A DNA stretch of 64,000 nt from an uncultured delta proteobacterium (lineage in GTDB: Bacteria > Desulfobacterota > Desulfomonilia > UBA1062), in the NCBI GenBank assembly GCA_963785235.1, contig CAWAUM010000001.1, forward strand, positions 160,001-224,000, given 5' to 3'. The notes beneath the pieces are model-generated. The model had not been told where the DNA came from, did not search any database, and saw only the letters and a list, made by a program, of their open reading frames with translations. A program made the translations under genes and the position numbers. Of the stretch, positions 1 to 10,376 are shown in pieces (the first letter of the stretch is position 1; each line of letters starts with the position of its first letter).

Positions 1-289
1 CAATACCGTCATCACCGACCTTCCTGAGGATGTCGATAGCGGCATTACGCAAGCCCGGATCAATAATGCCCACCAGTGGGGCCACTTTCTCAACCGTGTT
101 TCTGCCGCCCAATAACATGAGCGCACTTTGTGAGGCGTCCCTGACCCCTCCATTTGTATCCTTGAGCAACTCTACGAGACGTCCGATGGTAGCGGGTTCA
201 TCGCCGGACTCACTGAGCATGGTGGCTGCCATGCGACGGTCAGAAGAGTCATCCGACTTCATGAGTGCGTCTATTGTGGAATAATTCAT
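1..289 (-). CDS. HEAT/PBS-lyase-like repeat protein (3' end runs off window)
   Basis: Not in ORF track; manual translation from ATG at 289: MNYSTIDALMKSDDSSDRRMAATMLSE...LVELLKDTNGGVRDASQSALMLLG...GLRNAAIDILRKVG, HEAT-like L..LL.D....VR.AA..AL repeats; GAGGG SD upstream. Confidence 0.75.
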   Translation of the reverse strand, partial: MNYSTIDALMKSDDSSDRRMAATMLSESGDEPATIGRLVELLKDTNGGVRDASQSALMLLGGRNTVEKVAPLVGIIDPGLRNAAIDILRKVGDDGI

Positions 290-360
290 AATGCCCTCAA
301 CATCCTAAAAAAAAATAATTTAATCCTGCAATTGACTCCGATAGTATGTAATTTACCCAT

Positions 361-978
361 TCATTTTGCGCTGTACTGGACAAATGCCACTTCTTGTATA
401 GGATAATCCATAAGATCATCCGAGAGCATCAAGGTAATCTCGGTCTGTGAGTAGACACTCGCTGCTGCAAGAAGTCTCCTGTATATGATGCTCCTGATAT
501 CGAAGAGCTTGCTCTGAATGGAGGTAATCACGGAAGGGTCCACCTTGAGGCTCACCTGTGCAACGAGTACACCTGATTTCTTCGGCATGTTGGTTGAGTA
601 GAAGACCATAAACGGATCAAGGACCATTCCATCAGGCCCAAAGGGGGACACCTTTTGGGGTTGGACTGCTTTTGCAACATTTTTTGCAACATCATCTTTT
701 GCAACTTCATCGTGCCCATGGAAAAAGAAGAACCCTATGACGCTCAGCAGCACCAGAAGTGCAGCAGCACCGGAGCAGGCCATCAGGAGCAGGCGTTTAT
801 TTATAGCCGGCTTCTTCCCCGGCTCCTGGTCGGGCTTTGGCTCCTGTGCGCCGGCTTGCGCCTGTGGTTCTCCGGTTTCCAGAGAAATGCCGTCTTTGTC
901 AAGTTCGGCCTTGCCGGCATCCTGGAACAGAATGCCTTCTTTATCGAGGTCCGCCTTTCTCCCAGGTTCGTTTTCCAC
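361..978 (-). CDS. fliL: Flagellar basal body-associated FliL family protein
   Basis: Acidic N-terminus, one TM segment, C-terminal domain with LDPFMV...IRSIIY...IQEVAF pattern; follows cheY in flagellar operon. Confidence 0.6.
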   Translation of the reverse strand: MENEPGRKADLDKEGILFQDAGKAELDKDGISLETGEPQAQAGAQEPKPDQEPGKKPAINKRLLLMACSGAAALLVLLSVIGFFFFHGHDEVAKDDVAKNVAKAVQPQKVSPFGPDGMVLDPFMVFYSTNMPKKSGVLVAQVSLKVDPSVITSIQSKLFDIRSIIYRRLLAAASVYSQTEITLMLSDDLMDYPIQEVAFVQYSAK

Positions 979-985
979 GTTTCAC

Positions 986-1369
986 CTACTTGTTGAATAT
1001 CTGATTGATCTTCTGGCCCAGGGTCTCCGCGGTAAAGGGTTTGACAATATAATTGCTCACACCGGATTTCACGGCCTCGATGATGTTCTCCTGCTGGGCC
1101 TCGGCTGTTACCATCAGAAATGGGATGTGCTTCAGCGCGTCATCGGAGCGGACCGCCTTGAGCAGTTCCAGGCCGGTCATTTTCGGCATGTTCCAGTCCG
1201 AAACCACCAGGTCGATCTTCTCCCTCTGGAGCGCCTCAAGGGCGGTTGATCCGTCGTCGGCCTCGGTAATATTTACAAAATTAAGTTGCCTCAGGATGTT
1301 CTTCACAATCCTGCGCATGGTTGAAAAGTCGTCCACGATGAGGATCTTCATGTTCTTATCTGTTGTCAT
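986..1369 (-). CDS. cheY: Chemotaxis response regulator CheY
   Basis: ILIVDDFSTMRRIV, DWNMPKMTG, VTAEA, YIVKPF; GGAGG SD before ATG 1369. Confidence 0.95.
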   Translation of the reverse strand: MTTDKNMKILIVDDFSTMRRIVKNILRQLNFVNITEADDGSTALEALQREKIDLVVSDWNMPKMTGLELLKAVRSDDALKHIPFLMVTAEAQQENIIEAVKSGVSNYIVKPFTAETLGQKINQIFNK

Positions 1370-1429
1370 AGATACCTCCGGTACAAGCACCGTTTACGTT
1401 CTCATCGAATATTTTGCTGCAAATCTTTT

Positions 1430-2200
1430 TTACACATTGATCTCTTTCAGGATCTTTTGCATCTTTGAGCGCAGCCTGAGGATTGCCTTTGTGTGTATCT
1501 GGGAAACCCGCGACTCGGTAAATTTGAGGACATGACCGATCTCCTTCATGGTCAGCTCGTCGTAGTAATACAGGGAGATCACCATGCGTTCCTTTTCCGG
1601 CAGCGACTGGATGGCCTTTGCTACCATGGTGCTGACCTCGGCATAGCGGATTTTATGCGACGGCCAGTCTTTGTCGTCCTGGATAATGAATTCAAGCAGG
1701 TTCCGCTTGGACAGGTCGGAATCGTCCTCGCCGAGGTCGTCCAGGCTGAGCAGGGATACGGATGCAGTGTCGGACAGGAGCCGGTGGAAGGTATCCATGT
1801 CGACATTCATCTCTCGTGCCACTTCATCATCGCTGGCCGGCCTGCCAAGACTGTATTCGAGCCTTGCATAGGCGTCTTCCACCTTGCGGGCCTTCTGCCT
1901 CACAGACCGTGGGACCCAGTCCATGGAGCGGAGCTCATCAAGGATGGCGCCCCTTATCCTGAATTCCGCATAGGTCTTGAACTTGATCTGTTTGCCGGCG
2001 TCAAATTTCTCGATGGCATCGATCAACCCAATGACACCCGCATTTATCAGATCGTTCAGGTCGATATGGGGAGGCAACCGTATGGCAATACGGCTTGCAA
2101 TGTACTTAATCAACGGCGCGAACTCGTTGATTATCTTGCCCCGCACCTTCGGGTTGAGCTTCTGTTCCTCAGTAAGTTCCGTGTAGACGATATCCTGCAT
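1430..2200 (-). CDS. fliA: RNA polymerase sigma factor FliA (sigma-28)
   Basis: DLINAGVIGLIDA, FKTYAEFRIRGAILDELRSMDWVPRSVR, LTMKEIG..L..TESRVSQIH. Confidence 0.95.
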   Translation of the reverse strand: MQDIVYTELTEEQKLNPKVRGKIINEFAPLIKYIASRIAIRLPPHIDLNDLINAGVIGLIDAIEKFDAGKQIKFKTYAEFRIRGAILDELRSMDWVPRSVRQKARKVEDAYARLEYSLGRPASDDEVAREMNVDMDTFHRLLSDTASVSLLSLDDLGEDDSDLSKRNLLEFIIQDDKDWPSHKIRYAEVSTMVAKAIQSLPEKERMVISLYYYDELTMKEIGHVLKFTESRVSQIHTKAILRLRSKMQKILKEINV

Positions 2201-3068
2201 GGCCTGTTCCTTTCGCTTGATTCAAGAGCATTTTTCTAAAGAAGAACTGAAGGTTTCCGCTGGTGTTCGAAAGAGAGGTTTCCTCGAGCCTTCCCGCGAT
2301 CCGGGAAAGTCTCTTGGTGGCCTCGCTTTGTGGGAAAAGGCCCACAAAAGCCTTCTGTGCCTTGATGCATTCAGGAATGTTTCTGTCATGCGGAATGGAG
2401 CCTAAGATCTCCAATGCCACATCCCCTAAGAATCTCTCACATACCATAGACAATTTTTCCGACACTTGTTCCCCCTCAGACTTTGAATTCACATTGTTGA
2501 CAATAAGGTCGAATCGCTTGATGCCGTATTGCCTGCGCAATACCTTGATAAGGGCATAAGCATCCGTTATTGACGTGGGTTCCGGGGTCGCCACCACAAT
2601 AATCCTCTGGGAGGCTGCGTTGAAGTACATGACGTTCTTGGATATCCCTGCCCCGGTATCTACGATCATGTAGTCAAGGGCACCCTCGAAATGGTCGAGT
2701 GAATCCATGATGCTTATCTGCTGCTCGGTATTCAGGTCAGAGAGTTCCTGGATTCCCGACGATGCGGGAATGATCTTGATCCCGCTGGGCCCTTCAATCA
2801 CGATTTCATCAAGGGAGCACTGTCCGTCCAGTACATTCTTGATGGTGAGCTTAGGGGCAAGGCCCAGCATTACATCCACATTGGCCAGGCCGAGGTCGGC
2901 ATCCAGCACGAGCACCTTTTTTCCGCGTGCAGCGAGCAGGATGGCTATGTTCACCACGATGCTCGTCTTTCCAACCCCGCCTTTTCCCGATGTTACGGAC
3001 AGGACTGTTGGGGAGATGGCTGTAGTTTCTTTGAATATTCTTCTTAAGGTATGGGCTTGATCCTTCAT
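2169..3068 (-). CDS. flhG: MinD-like flagellar number regulator FlhG/FleN
   Basis: N-terminal DQAxxLR, SGKGGVGKT, DADLGLANVD, DTGAG, TPEPTSITDAY; between flhF and fliA. Confidence 0.92.
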   Translation of the reverse strand: MKDQAHTLRRIFKETTAISPTVLSVTSGKGGVGKTSIVVNIAILLAARGKKVLVLDADLGLANVDVMLGLAPKLTIKNVLDGQCSLDEIVIEGPSGIKIIPASSGIQELSDLNTEQQISIMDSLDHFEGALDYMIVDTGAGISKNVMYFNAASQRIIVVATPEPTSITDAYALIKVLRRQYGIKRFDLIVNNVNSKSEGEQVSEKLSMVCERFLGDVALEILGSIPHDRNIPECIKAQKAFVGLFPQSEATKRLSRIAGRLEETSLSNTSGNLQFFFRKMLLNQAKGTGHAGYRLHGTY

Positions 3069-4132
3069 TATGCATCTCCAAGCGTGCATGCTATTATCTT
3101 GTTTGTGTCGGCCGGCTCAATGTCCTCGGGGACCCGCTGCCCGTTGGTTATATGGGAGATGGGCAAACGGTGGATCAGATTGTGTGAAAGAACGCTGCCT
3201 TTTACGTGGGCCTCATCGAATTTGGTGAAGATCATGCGGTCCACTTTCAGGGGGGAGAATGATTTGGTGATAGTGTCCATCTCCTGGTCGCGGGTAGCTA
3301 CCGGCATGAGGAGAAACCTGCAGGCCTTGATGCCGTCAAAATATCCGACTAACTGACGTGCATACTCGCTACAGAAGGGTGAGCGGCCGACGGTGTCAAC
3401 GAGGATAAGGTCGGTGGAGCTCAACTGATTCAGTGCGATCTTGAGGTCGGATGGGGTCGTTACGGAAAAGAACGGGATATTCAAAATTTTGGCATAAATG
3501 CGGCTCTGATCTATGGCGCCTATCCTATAACTGTCCAGTGTGATGAGTGCCACCCGCTTGGCCTCAGAGAATACGGCCCTGGCGGCAATCTTGGCAATTG
3601 TCGTGGTCTTGCCGACGCCGGTGGTGCCCAGGAATATCCAGATACGGTCATCCGTGGGCCCTTCTACGCGGATCAGCTTTGAAAGGAGGCCTTTGACCTC
3701 ATCTTCGGTGGTCTCAGGCCCAAGCTTTGTGATGATGAGGTCTGCAAGGTTCTCGCGGACGCCCTTTTTCATGAGCTTCTCCCGCATGGGGCTCTGTGGG
3801 ACCACATTGCTCTGGTTCATGAGCTGCTTGAGCATCTTTTTCAGCTCAATAATCTCATCACCCATATGATTAGGGGTCTGCATAATAGGTGAGGCATGGT
3901 TGGGAGCAACCGGTTTTCCCGGGTAAGCCTTATATGCCTGCGTTTTATTTATAAGGCTGTCTCCGTCATAGTCAACAGCGGCAACCACTTCAATTACTGG
4001 TTTGCTCATGAGGCCATAACCGCTTTCCTTGATCTCGCGGGTTGAGATAATGACCGCATTGGCACCAAGCTCGGTCTTGATCTGCGAGAGCGCGTCCTTC
4101 ATGGAGGCAGCCATATAGGTTTTAATTTGCAT
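3068..4132 (-). CDS. flhF: SRP-type GTPase FlhF
   Basis: GTTGVGKTTTIAK, DSYRIGA, DTVGRS, TKFDE, GQRVPEDI. Confidence 0.95.
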   Translation of the reverse strand: MQIKTYMAASMKDALSQIKTELGANAVIISTREIKESGYGLMSKPVIEVVAAVDYDGDSLINKTQAYKAYPGKPVAPNHASPIMQTPNHMGDEIIELKKMLKQLMNQSNVVPQSPMREKLMKKGVRENLADLIITKLGPETTEDEVKGLLSKLIRVEGPTDDRIWIFLGTTGVGKTTTIAKIAARAVFSEAKRVALITLDSYRIGAIDQSRIYAKILNIPFFSVTTPSDLKIALNQLSSTDLILVDTVGRSPFCSEYARQLVGYFDGIKACRFLLMPVATRDQEMDTITKSFSPLKVDRMIFTKFDEAHVKGSVLSHNLIHRLPISHITNGQRVPEDIEPADTNKIIACTLGDA

Positions 4133-6194
4133 CGATCCTCACCAATCCCAGATTTTTAATAGTCACATCAGGCGGTATCTCATTGTGGGAGAGAACAACC
4201 AGGTCAGGCATATACCGTTCTGAAAGCCGTTTCACATATGCCCTGCTGATGGGCGATGTGAGCAGGATCGGTACGAGCCCTTGTTTCCCCACGTTGTTTA
4301 CCTCCTTGTTCAACGTCATCAGTATCTTCTGCGATTTCTCAGGATCTAATGCAAGATACGAACCATGTTCCGTATGCTGGATGGAGCTTGAGATCATGCC
4401 GTCTATATTGGGGTCCAGAGCCAGTACGCTGATGGTGTTACCCAGGATGTAGGGTACGCTGATGGTCCGCATGAGGGCTTGTCTGACATACTCTGTCAAA
4501 ATATCGGGGTCCTTGGATATATGTCCGAAGTCCGCCAGTGTCTCCAGGATGGTCAGGATGTTCTTCACAGAGACCTTCTCTTTGAGGAGGTTCCGGAGCA
4601 CCCTGAGAACGATTCCGGCGGGCATGGTGCCTGGAATGAGGTCTTCGATCACCTTGGGGTGGGTTCTTGATACCGAGTCCAGGATGGACTGCAGCTCCTG
4701 CCTTCCCAGCAGGTCATGGGCATTGCCCTTGATGGCCTCGGTCAGATGGGTAGCCACCACCGTGGCCGCATCGACTACCGTGAGCCCGGCCACCTGGGCG
4801 CGCTCGCTGTCGGCCTTTTTAATCCAGAGGCCGGGCAGTCCGAAGGCAGGTTCTTTGACGGGTATGCCCGGGATGTCGATATCCACCTTCTCGGGATTCA
4901 GGACCATAAGCCTGTCGGCAATGGCCTCAGCCTTGGCTATCTCAATACCCTTGAGCATCAGCCGGTATTCGTTGGGTTTGAGCTCGAGATTGTCCCGCAC
5001 ATGGATGGGGGGGACTACGACCCCAAGTTCGCCTGCAACGGTCTTGCGCATGGATTTGATACGCGCAAGCAGCTCCCCGCCCTGGGAGGTGTCCACCAGG
5101 GATATGAGGCCATATCCCACCTCGAACTCGATGAGATCCAGGGGAAGCAGTGCCTCGGCCGATACCTCTTCGCCTTGAGGCGCAGGAATCTCTTCCGGTT
5201 CCTTTTCTTCAGCCTTGAACCTGAGGCTTACCCACCCGATTCCGCCCATGACGGAGGCCATGGTAAGGAAGGCCATGTGGGGCATGCCCGGGACCAGCCC
5301 GAAGATGAAGATGATTCCTGCAGAAGTGAGGAGTGCCATGGGTTGGAAGGCAAGCTGCTCGGAGATCTGCTTGCCTACCGATTTATCTGCTCCGGATTGG
5401 GTTACCACGATACCGGCGGCCGATGAGATGATGAGCGCTGGGATCTGGGCAACCAGTCCGTCTCCGATAGTCAGCAGGGTATAGGTCTTAAGTGCGTCCT
5501 GAAATGGCATGCCGTTCTGCATCATGCCTATGATGATGCCACCTATAATATTGATGAATACGATGACAATGCCTGCAATGGCGTCGCCGCGGACGAACTT
5601 GGTGGCGCCGTCCATGGCCCCGTAGAATTCGGCTTCCCGGGCAATGCGGTCCCTGCGCTGCCGGGCCTCGTTCTCGGTTATCATTCCTGCATTGAGGTCA
5701 GCGTCAATGGCCATCTGTTTGCCGGGCATGGCATCCAGGGTGAACCGGGCCGTGACTTCGCCGATGCGGGTGGCGCCTTTGGTGATGACCACAAAATTTA
5801 TAAGGACGAAAATTGAAAAGACGACGATTCCCACTACATAGCTGCCACCCACCACGAACTGGCCGAAGGTATGGATAACGCGGCCTGCGGCCAGTTCACC
5901 CTCGAAGCCATGCAGGAGGATGATCCGGGTTGATGCGATGTTCAGCGCCAGCCTGAAAAGGGTCACGAGAAGCAGCAATGAGGGGAACACGGAGAAATTC
6001 AGCGGGCTTGTGGTGTACATGCTCATCATGAGTATGATGATGCCCAGCGTTATGCTGAAGGTGAGCAGGATATCCAGCATGAAGGTAGGCAGCGGCATCA
6101 AGACGATTGCAAGAACCGCAAGGACGCCGACTGCCATGAAAATGTCGCTGGAAATAGTTTCCGGTAACTTGATGGGAAGACTCTGTGCTGCCAT
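4122..6194 (-). CDS. flhA: Flagellar export gate protein FlhA
   Basis: FSVFPSLLL, RFTLDAMPGKQMAIDADL, FYGAMDGA.KFVRGDA, EPAFGLP. Confidence 0.97.
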   Translation of the reverse strand: MAAQSLPIKLPETISSDIFMAVGVLAVLAIVLMPLPTFMLDILLTFSITLGIIILMMSMYTTSPLNFSVFPSLLLLVTLFRLALNIASTRIILLHGFEGELAAGRVIHTFGQFVVGGSYVVGIVVFSIFVLINFVVITKGATRIGEVTARFTLDAMPGKQMAIDADLNAGMITENEARQRRDRIAREAEFYGAMDGATKFVRGDAIAGIVIVFINIIGGIIIGMMQNGMPFQDALKTYTLLTIGDGLVAQIPALIISSAAGIVVTQSGADKSVGKQISEQLAFQPMALLTSAGIIFIFGLVPGMPHMAFLTMASVMGGIGWVSLRFKAEEKEPEEIPAPQGEEVSAEALLPLDLIEFEVGYGLISLVDTSQGGELLARIKSMRKTVAGELGVVVPPIHVRDNLELKPNEYRLMLKGIEIAKAEAIADRLMVLNPEKVDIDIPGIPVKEPAFGLPGLWIKKADSERAQVAGLTVVDAATVVATHLTEAIKGNAHDLLGRQELQSILDSVSRTHPKVIEDLIPGTMPAGIVLRVLRNLLKEKVSVKNILTILETLADFGHISKDPDILTEYVRQALMRTISVPYILGNTISVLALDPNIDGMISSSIQHTEHGSYLALDPEKSQKILMTLNKEVNNVGKQGLVPILLTSPISRAYVKRLSERYMPDLVVLSHNEIPPDVTIKNLGLVRIDAN

Positions 6195-7271
6195 TTATCT
6201 GACCCCTGCCTTCAGGCGGTAAACATATGCCAGGATTTCGGCCACCGCCTTGTAAAGTGTTTCCGGGATGGTTTCCCCGATATCCACGGATTTATGGAGC
6301 GCCTGGGCCAGCGGCTTGTTCTCGATTATGGGGACCGATGCCTTTCTCGCCACTTCCTTTATCTTTTGCGCCACCGTTCCTGCACCTTTGGCAATCACCG
6401 TGGGTGCGATCATCTTGCCGCGATCATATTGCAGGGCTACTGCCAGGTGCGTGGGGTTGGTTATGACCACATCCGCCTTGGGCACATCCCGCATCATTCG
6501 TCTCCTGGCCATGTGGATCTGAATGGAGCGTATCCTGCTCTTGATGAGGGGATTTCCGTCGGCCTGCTTGTACTCATCCTTGATCTCCTGTTTCGTCATC
6601 ATAAGATCCTGGGTGTGCTGCCACTTCTGGAATGTGTAATCAGCGGCCGCAATAATGATAAAGATCCACAACACATCCCACAGGAGGCGTATCGCTGAAC
6701 GAAAAATAGTCAATACTATGACGCTTACATCGGCCCCTATGAGAGGGGGGTAGACAGGGAGTTCGCGCATGATGGCCCGGTATGAAACCCAGCAGATGAT
6801 TGTCATGATTACCAGTGTCTTGACGAGCTGTTCCAGGCTCCTCATGGACATGAATTTATTCTTGAATCCGGTTATGGGATTGAGCTTGGAGAACTTCGGG
6901 GTGAGGGCCTCGGAGCTGAAGAGGAAGCCGACCTGCATGATATTTGACGCTAAGCCGATAACGAGGAAGAGCAAAAGCAGGGGCATTACTATCATTGCGA
7001 GCTCAAAGACACCGTGTCTTACAATGGCAATGACGCTCAAGTTTGACCCGTCCCACATGGAAAGCTCAGAGATGTATGTTCTGACGACAACCATAAGTTT
7101 GGATGCAATAGCCGGAATATAAAAATAAAATGCCAAGATTGTCGCAAGAAAGAGCATGGATGTGGATACCTCGATGCTCTTGCAGACCTGTCCCTTCTCG
7201 CGGGACTCATCGATACGCTTACTGGTAGGTTGTTCGGTTCGCTCTTGACCGTTCTCATTTTCTTTGGCCAT
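6195..7271 (-). CDS. flhB: Flagellar export switch protein FlhB
   Basis: ERTEQPT.KR, four TM segments, NPTH autocleavage site, IIENKPLAQAL; start set at ATG 7271 (MAKENE). Confidence 0.95.
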   Translation of the reverse strand: MAKENENGQERTEQPTSKRIDESREKGQVCKSIEVSTSMLFLATILAFYFYIPAIASKLMVVVRTYISELSMWDGSNLSVIAIVRHGVFELAMIVMPLLLLFLVIGLASNIMQVGFLFSSEALTPKFSKLNPITGFKNKFMSMRSLEQLVKTLVIMTIICWVSYRAIMRELPVYPPLIGADVSVIVLTIFRSAIRLLWDVLWIFIIIAAADYTFQKWQHTQDLMMTKQEIKDEYKQADGNPLIKSRIRSIQIHMARRRMMRDVPKADVVITNPTHLAVALQYDRGKMIAPTVIAKGAGTVAQKIKEVARKASVPIIENKPLAQALHKSVDIGETIPETLYKAVAEILAYVYRLKAGVR

Positions 7272-7283
7272 GGGATGGTGGAA

Positions 7284-7300
7284 TGCGAAAAACATACCAG
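7284..7300 (-). promoter_or_regulatory. Sigma-54 (-24/-12) promoter of the flhB operon
   Basis: Minus strand CTGGTATGTTTTTCGCA: GG at 7298-7297, 10-nt spacer, GC at 7286-7285. Confidence 0.6.
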
Positions 7301-7376
7301 GTTAGGAAATCCGACCGGAATTGGTTCTGCGAGGGGGGAGGTATTGATGACAGGCATGGCTAATTCTATGGTAATC

Positions 7377-7405
7377 TTGATTTGTAAAGTGCTATGCGAT
7401 AGTGT
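7377..7405 (+). promoter_or_regulatory. Candidate sigma-70 promoter of the polysaccharide operon
   Basis: TTGATT-N17-TAGTGT about 115 nt upstream of ATG 7519. Confidence 0.35.
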
Positions 7406-7518
7406 GATATGAGCAACAATGTGGCGGCCATTCTTTTGTGCTTTTAAAACAGGCTATTCACCACGAATGGCGGAGCTTTATTTAATACGCAATTTAATAA
7501 GCAGGGGGTTAATCGGAT

Positions 7519-8673
7519 ATGCAGTTCATTGACCTGAATTACCAGCAGAAGTTGATCCATGGGAAGATCATGGAGAACATCACGACTGTTCTCGCACACG
7601 GACAGTACATCATGGGCCCCGAGATCAGAGAGCTTGAGAAGAAACTCGGTGAATTTGTGGGCACAAAGCATGCAGTTTCATGTGCGTCGGGCACGGATGC
7701 CCTTCTCATGGCCCTTATGGCGTATGGTGTCGGGCCCGGTGATGCCATTTTCACAACGCCGTTCACCTTTGTTGCAACGGCAGAGGTCATTTCTCTGCTG
7801 GGGGCAACACCCATATTCGTGGATATCGAGCCGGATACCTTCAACATCGATCCTGAAAGGCTTGAAGAAGCAATAGCAGCACTTGAGGAGCGCAACCCCA
7901 AGAGACATCCATTGCCTGACGGGTTTGAAAAGCTTGAGCCAAAAGGGATCATTGCCGTGGACCTTTTTGGTCAGAGCGCAGACTACAGGCGCATCAATGA
8001 CCTGGCCGGAAACAAGGGTATGTTTGTCATAGAGGACGCGGCGCAGTCTTTTGGAGCCGAGTATAATGGCGCCAGGGCATGCTCCCTGGCTGATATTGCA
8101 GCCACCTCATTTTTCCCGGCAAAACCCCTGGGATGCTATGGAGACGGTGGAATGGTCTTCACCAATAATGACGAACTCGCTTCCCGGCTTGATTCCATCC
8201 GGGTTCATGGCAAGGGATCAGACAAGTATGATAACATCCGCATAGGGATCAACGGCAGGTGCGACACCCTGCAGGCAGCTATCCTGCTGGCCAAGTTCGA
8301 GATCTTCGCAGGAGAGATCGAGCTCAGGCAGAAGGTGGCACTGCGGTATAACCAGTTGCTCGGCGTTTCGGAGAAGCTCACGTGCCCAACAGTCAAGCCG
8401 GGTAACAAGAGCGCATGGGCCCAGTATTCAGTTCTCTGCAAGAACAGGGATGTCATCCTCGATGCACTCAGGAATGCCAAGATCCCGAGTGCCATCTATT
8501 ATCCGAAGCCCCTGCATGTCCAGGGGGCATATAAATATTTAGGCTACAGCTCAGGTGATTTCTCTGTATCCGAAAAAACTGCTGAGGCCATCTTCTCGCT
8601 GCCGATGCACCCTTATCTTGCAGATGAAGACCAGGAGAGAATCTCTCAAGTTATCCTCAAATCCATTAAATAG
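7519..8673 (+). CDS. DegT/DnrJ/EryC1/StrS aminotransferase (WbpE/WlbC-like)
   Basis: MQFIDL, SGTDAL, IEDAAQSFGA, SFFPAKPLGCYGDGG (PLP lysine), SLPMHPYL. Confidence 0.9.
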   Translation: MQFIDLNYQQKLIHGKIMENITTVLAHGQYIMGPEIRELEKKLGEFVGTKHAVSCASGTDALLMALMAYGVGPGDAIFTTPFTFVATAEVISLLGATPIFVDIEPDTFNIDPERLEEAIAALEERNPKRHPLPDGFEKLEPKGIIAVDLFGQSADYRRINDLAGNKGMFVIEDAAQSFGAEYNGARACSLADIAATSFFPAKPLGCYGDGGMVFTNNDELASRLDSIRVHGKGSDKYDNIRIGINGRCDTLQAAILLAKFEIFAGEIELRQKVALRYNQLLGVSEKLTCPTVKPGNKSAWAQYSVLCKNRDVILDALRNAKIPSAIYYPKPLHVQGAYKYLGYSSGDFSVSEKTAEAIFSLPMHPYLADEDQERISQVILKSIK

Positions 8674-8709
8674 ACAGGTTGCCGCATCTATTGGCAGGGG
8701 GAAGATGAA

Positions 8710-10294
8710 GTGCATGATTCACAGAAGAATGTAACGGTCGCTGTAATCGGATCCGGATACTGGGGTAAGAACCTGGTGCGGAATTATGCCGAGCTTGGAG
8801 CGCTCTATGGTGTCTGTGACAGCAGCGATTCTGCGCTGGATTCATTCAGACAGAAGTATCCACAGGTGAAATACACCACGAATTTCTTGGATCTTCTCAA
8901 TGATGATGCCTTGAAAGGCATCGTTATTGCCACGCCGGCGGAAACACACTTTTCCCTTGCGCGGGAAGCGCTTTTATCCGGCAAGGATGTCTTTGTGGAG
9001 AAGCCCTTATCGCTCAATGTAGATGAGGCCGAAGAGCTCAAAGAGATCGCCGAGAAGAAATCGCTCATCCTCATGGTCGGGCATCTGCTCCAGTATCACA
9101 GCGCCTTTATCAAATTGAAGGAACTTATAAGGGATGGCCAGCTGGGCAGGATTCATTACATCTATTCCAACCGGCTCAGCTTCGGCAAGATCCGCAGGGA
9201 AGAGGATATCCTGTGGAGCTTTGCCCCGCACGACATCTCCATGATACTCACCCTTGCCCAGGAAGAGCCGGAAAGTGTCATGGCAACAGGCGGCAACTAT
9301 CTCCACAAGAAGATAGCCGATGTCACCACCACCCACCTGGAATTTGCCAGCGGGCTCAAGGCGCATGTATTCGTCTCGTGGCTCCACCCCTTCAAGGAGC
9401 AGATGCTGGTCGTTGTGGGTGAGAAGAACATGGCGGTCTTCAGGGACACGGTGCCGTGGGGTGAAAAACTGCTTCTGTACCCGCACAATATCCAGTGGCA
9501 TGACGGCATCCCCATCCCTGATAAAAAAGACGAGATAAAGGTTGTTGTGGAACAGAGCGAGCCGCTGAAGGCAGAGTGCCTCCACTTCATTGAATGCATC
9601 AGTCAAAGGAAGGCACCGGTGACCGATGCCCGGGAAGGCATCGAGGTGCTCAGGATACTCAAGGCGAGCCAGGATTCGTTGAACAACAACGGCCGGAAGA
9701 TCATGCTGAAGGAAGACCTCATGAAGAAGCCGCATGAGTATTCCGTGCATGAATCAAGCTATGTAGATGATGGTGTAGTCATTGGGGCCAGGGACAAAGA
9801 TCTGGCATTTCAGCCATATCATCAAGGGTTCGACCATCGGCAACGGGTGCAGTATCGGCCAGAATGTGGTCATCGGCCCTGATGTGAGCGTGGGCAGCGG
9901 CTGCAAGATCCAGAACAATGTCTCCATCTACAAGGGTGTCAAACTGGAAGACAATGTCTTCTGCGGGCCATCCATGGTCTTCACCAATGTCTTCAATCCC
10001 AGGGCGCATATCCCCAGGATGGATGAACTGAGGCCCACCCTGGTGAAAATCGGAGCCACTATCGGTGCGAACGCTACCATCGTATGCGGGTATACCATCG
10101 GCGCATATGCATTCATCGGTGCTGGGGCCACGGTAACCCGTGGCGCCCCCGACCATGCCCTCATGGTGGGCAACCCCGCCAAACAGATCGGCTGGATGTG
10201 CGAGTGCGGCAACAGGCTTGATGAAAAACTCCAATGCTCTCATTGCGGCAAGGAATACAAAAAATCGGATAAAGGGCTGAGGCTGAAATCTTAA
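8710..10294 (+). CDS. Fused Gfo/Idh/MocA oxidoreductase (WbpB/WlbA-like) and hexapeptide N-acetyltransferase (WbpD/WlbB-like); +1 frameshift at G4 run 9784-9787
   Basis: GSGYWG, VFVEKP, SFAPHD; then [14 protein letters not shown] continues as [10 protein letters not shown]...CKIQNNVS...[14 protein letters not shown] in the next frame. Confidence 0.85.
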
Positions 10295-10376
10295 GGGGTT
10301 ATTACTAATGTCTGCATTACAGAACTTATGTGTGACTGTATCATCATAGATGATAAACCAGTAGGGGTAGGCGGGT

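Noticed and set aside
9784-9787. Phase-variable homopolymer switches in the glycan genes
   Set aside because: Runs are only 3-5 nt, far shorter than typical contingency tracts, and similar indels hit hisI and lpdA
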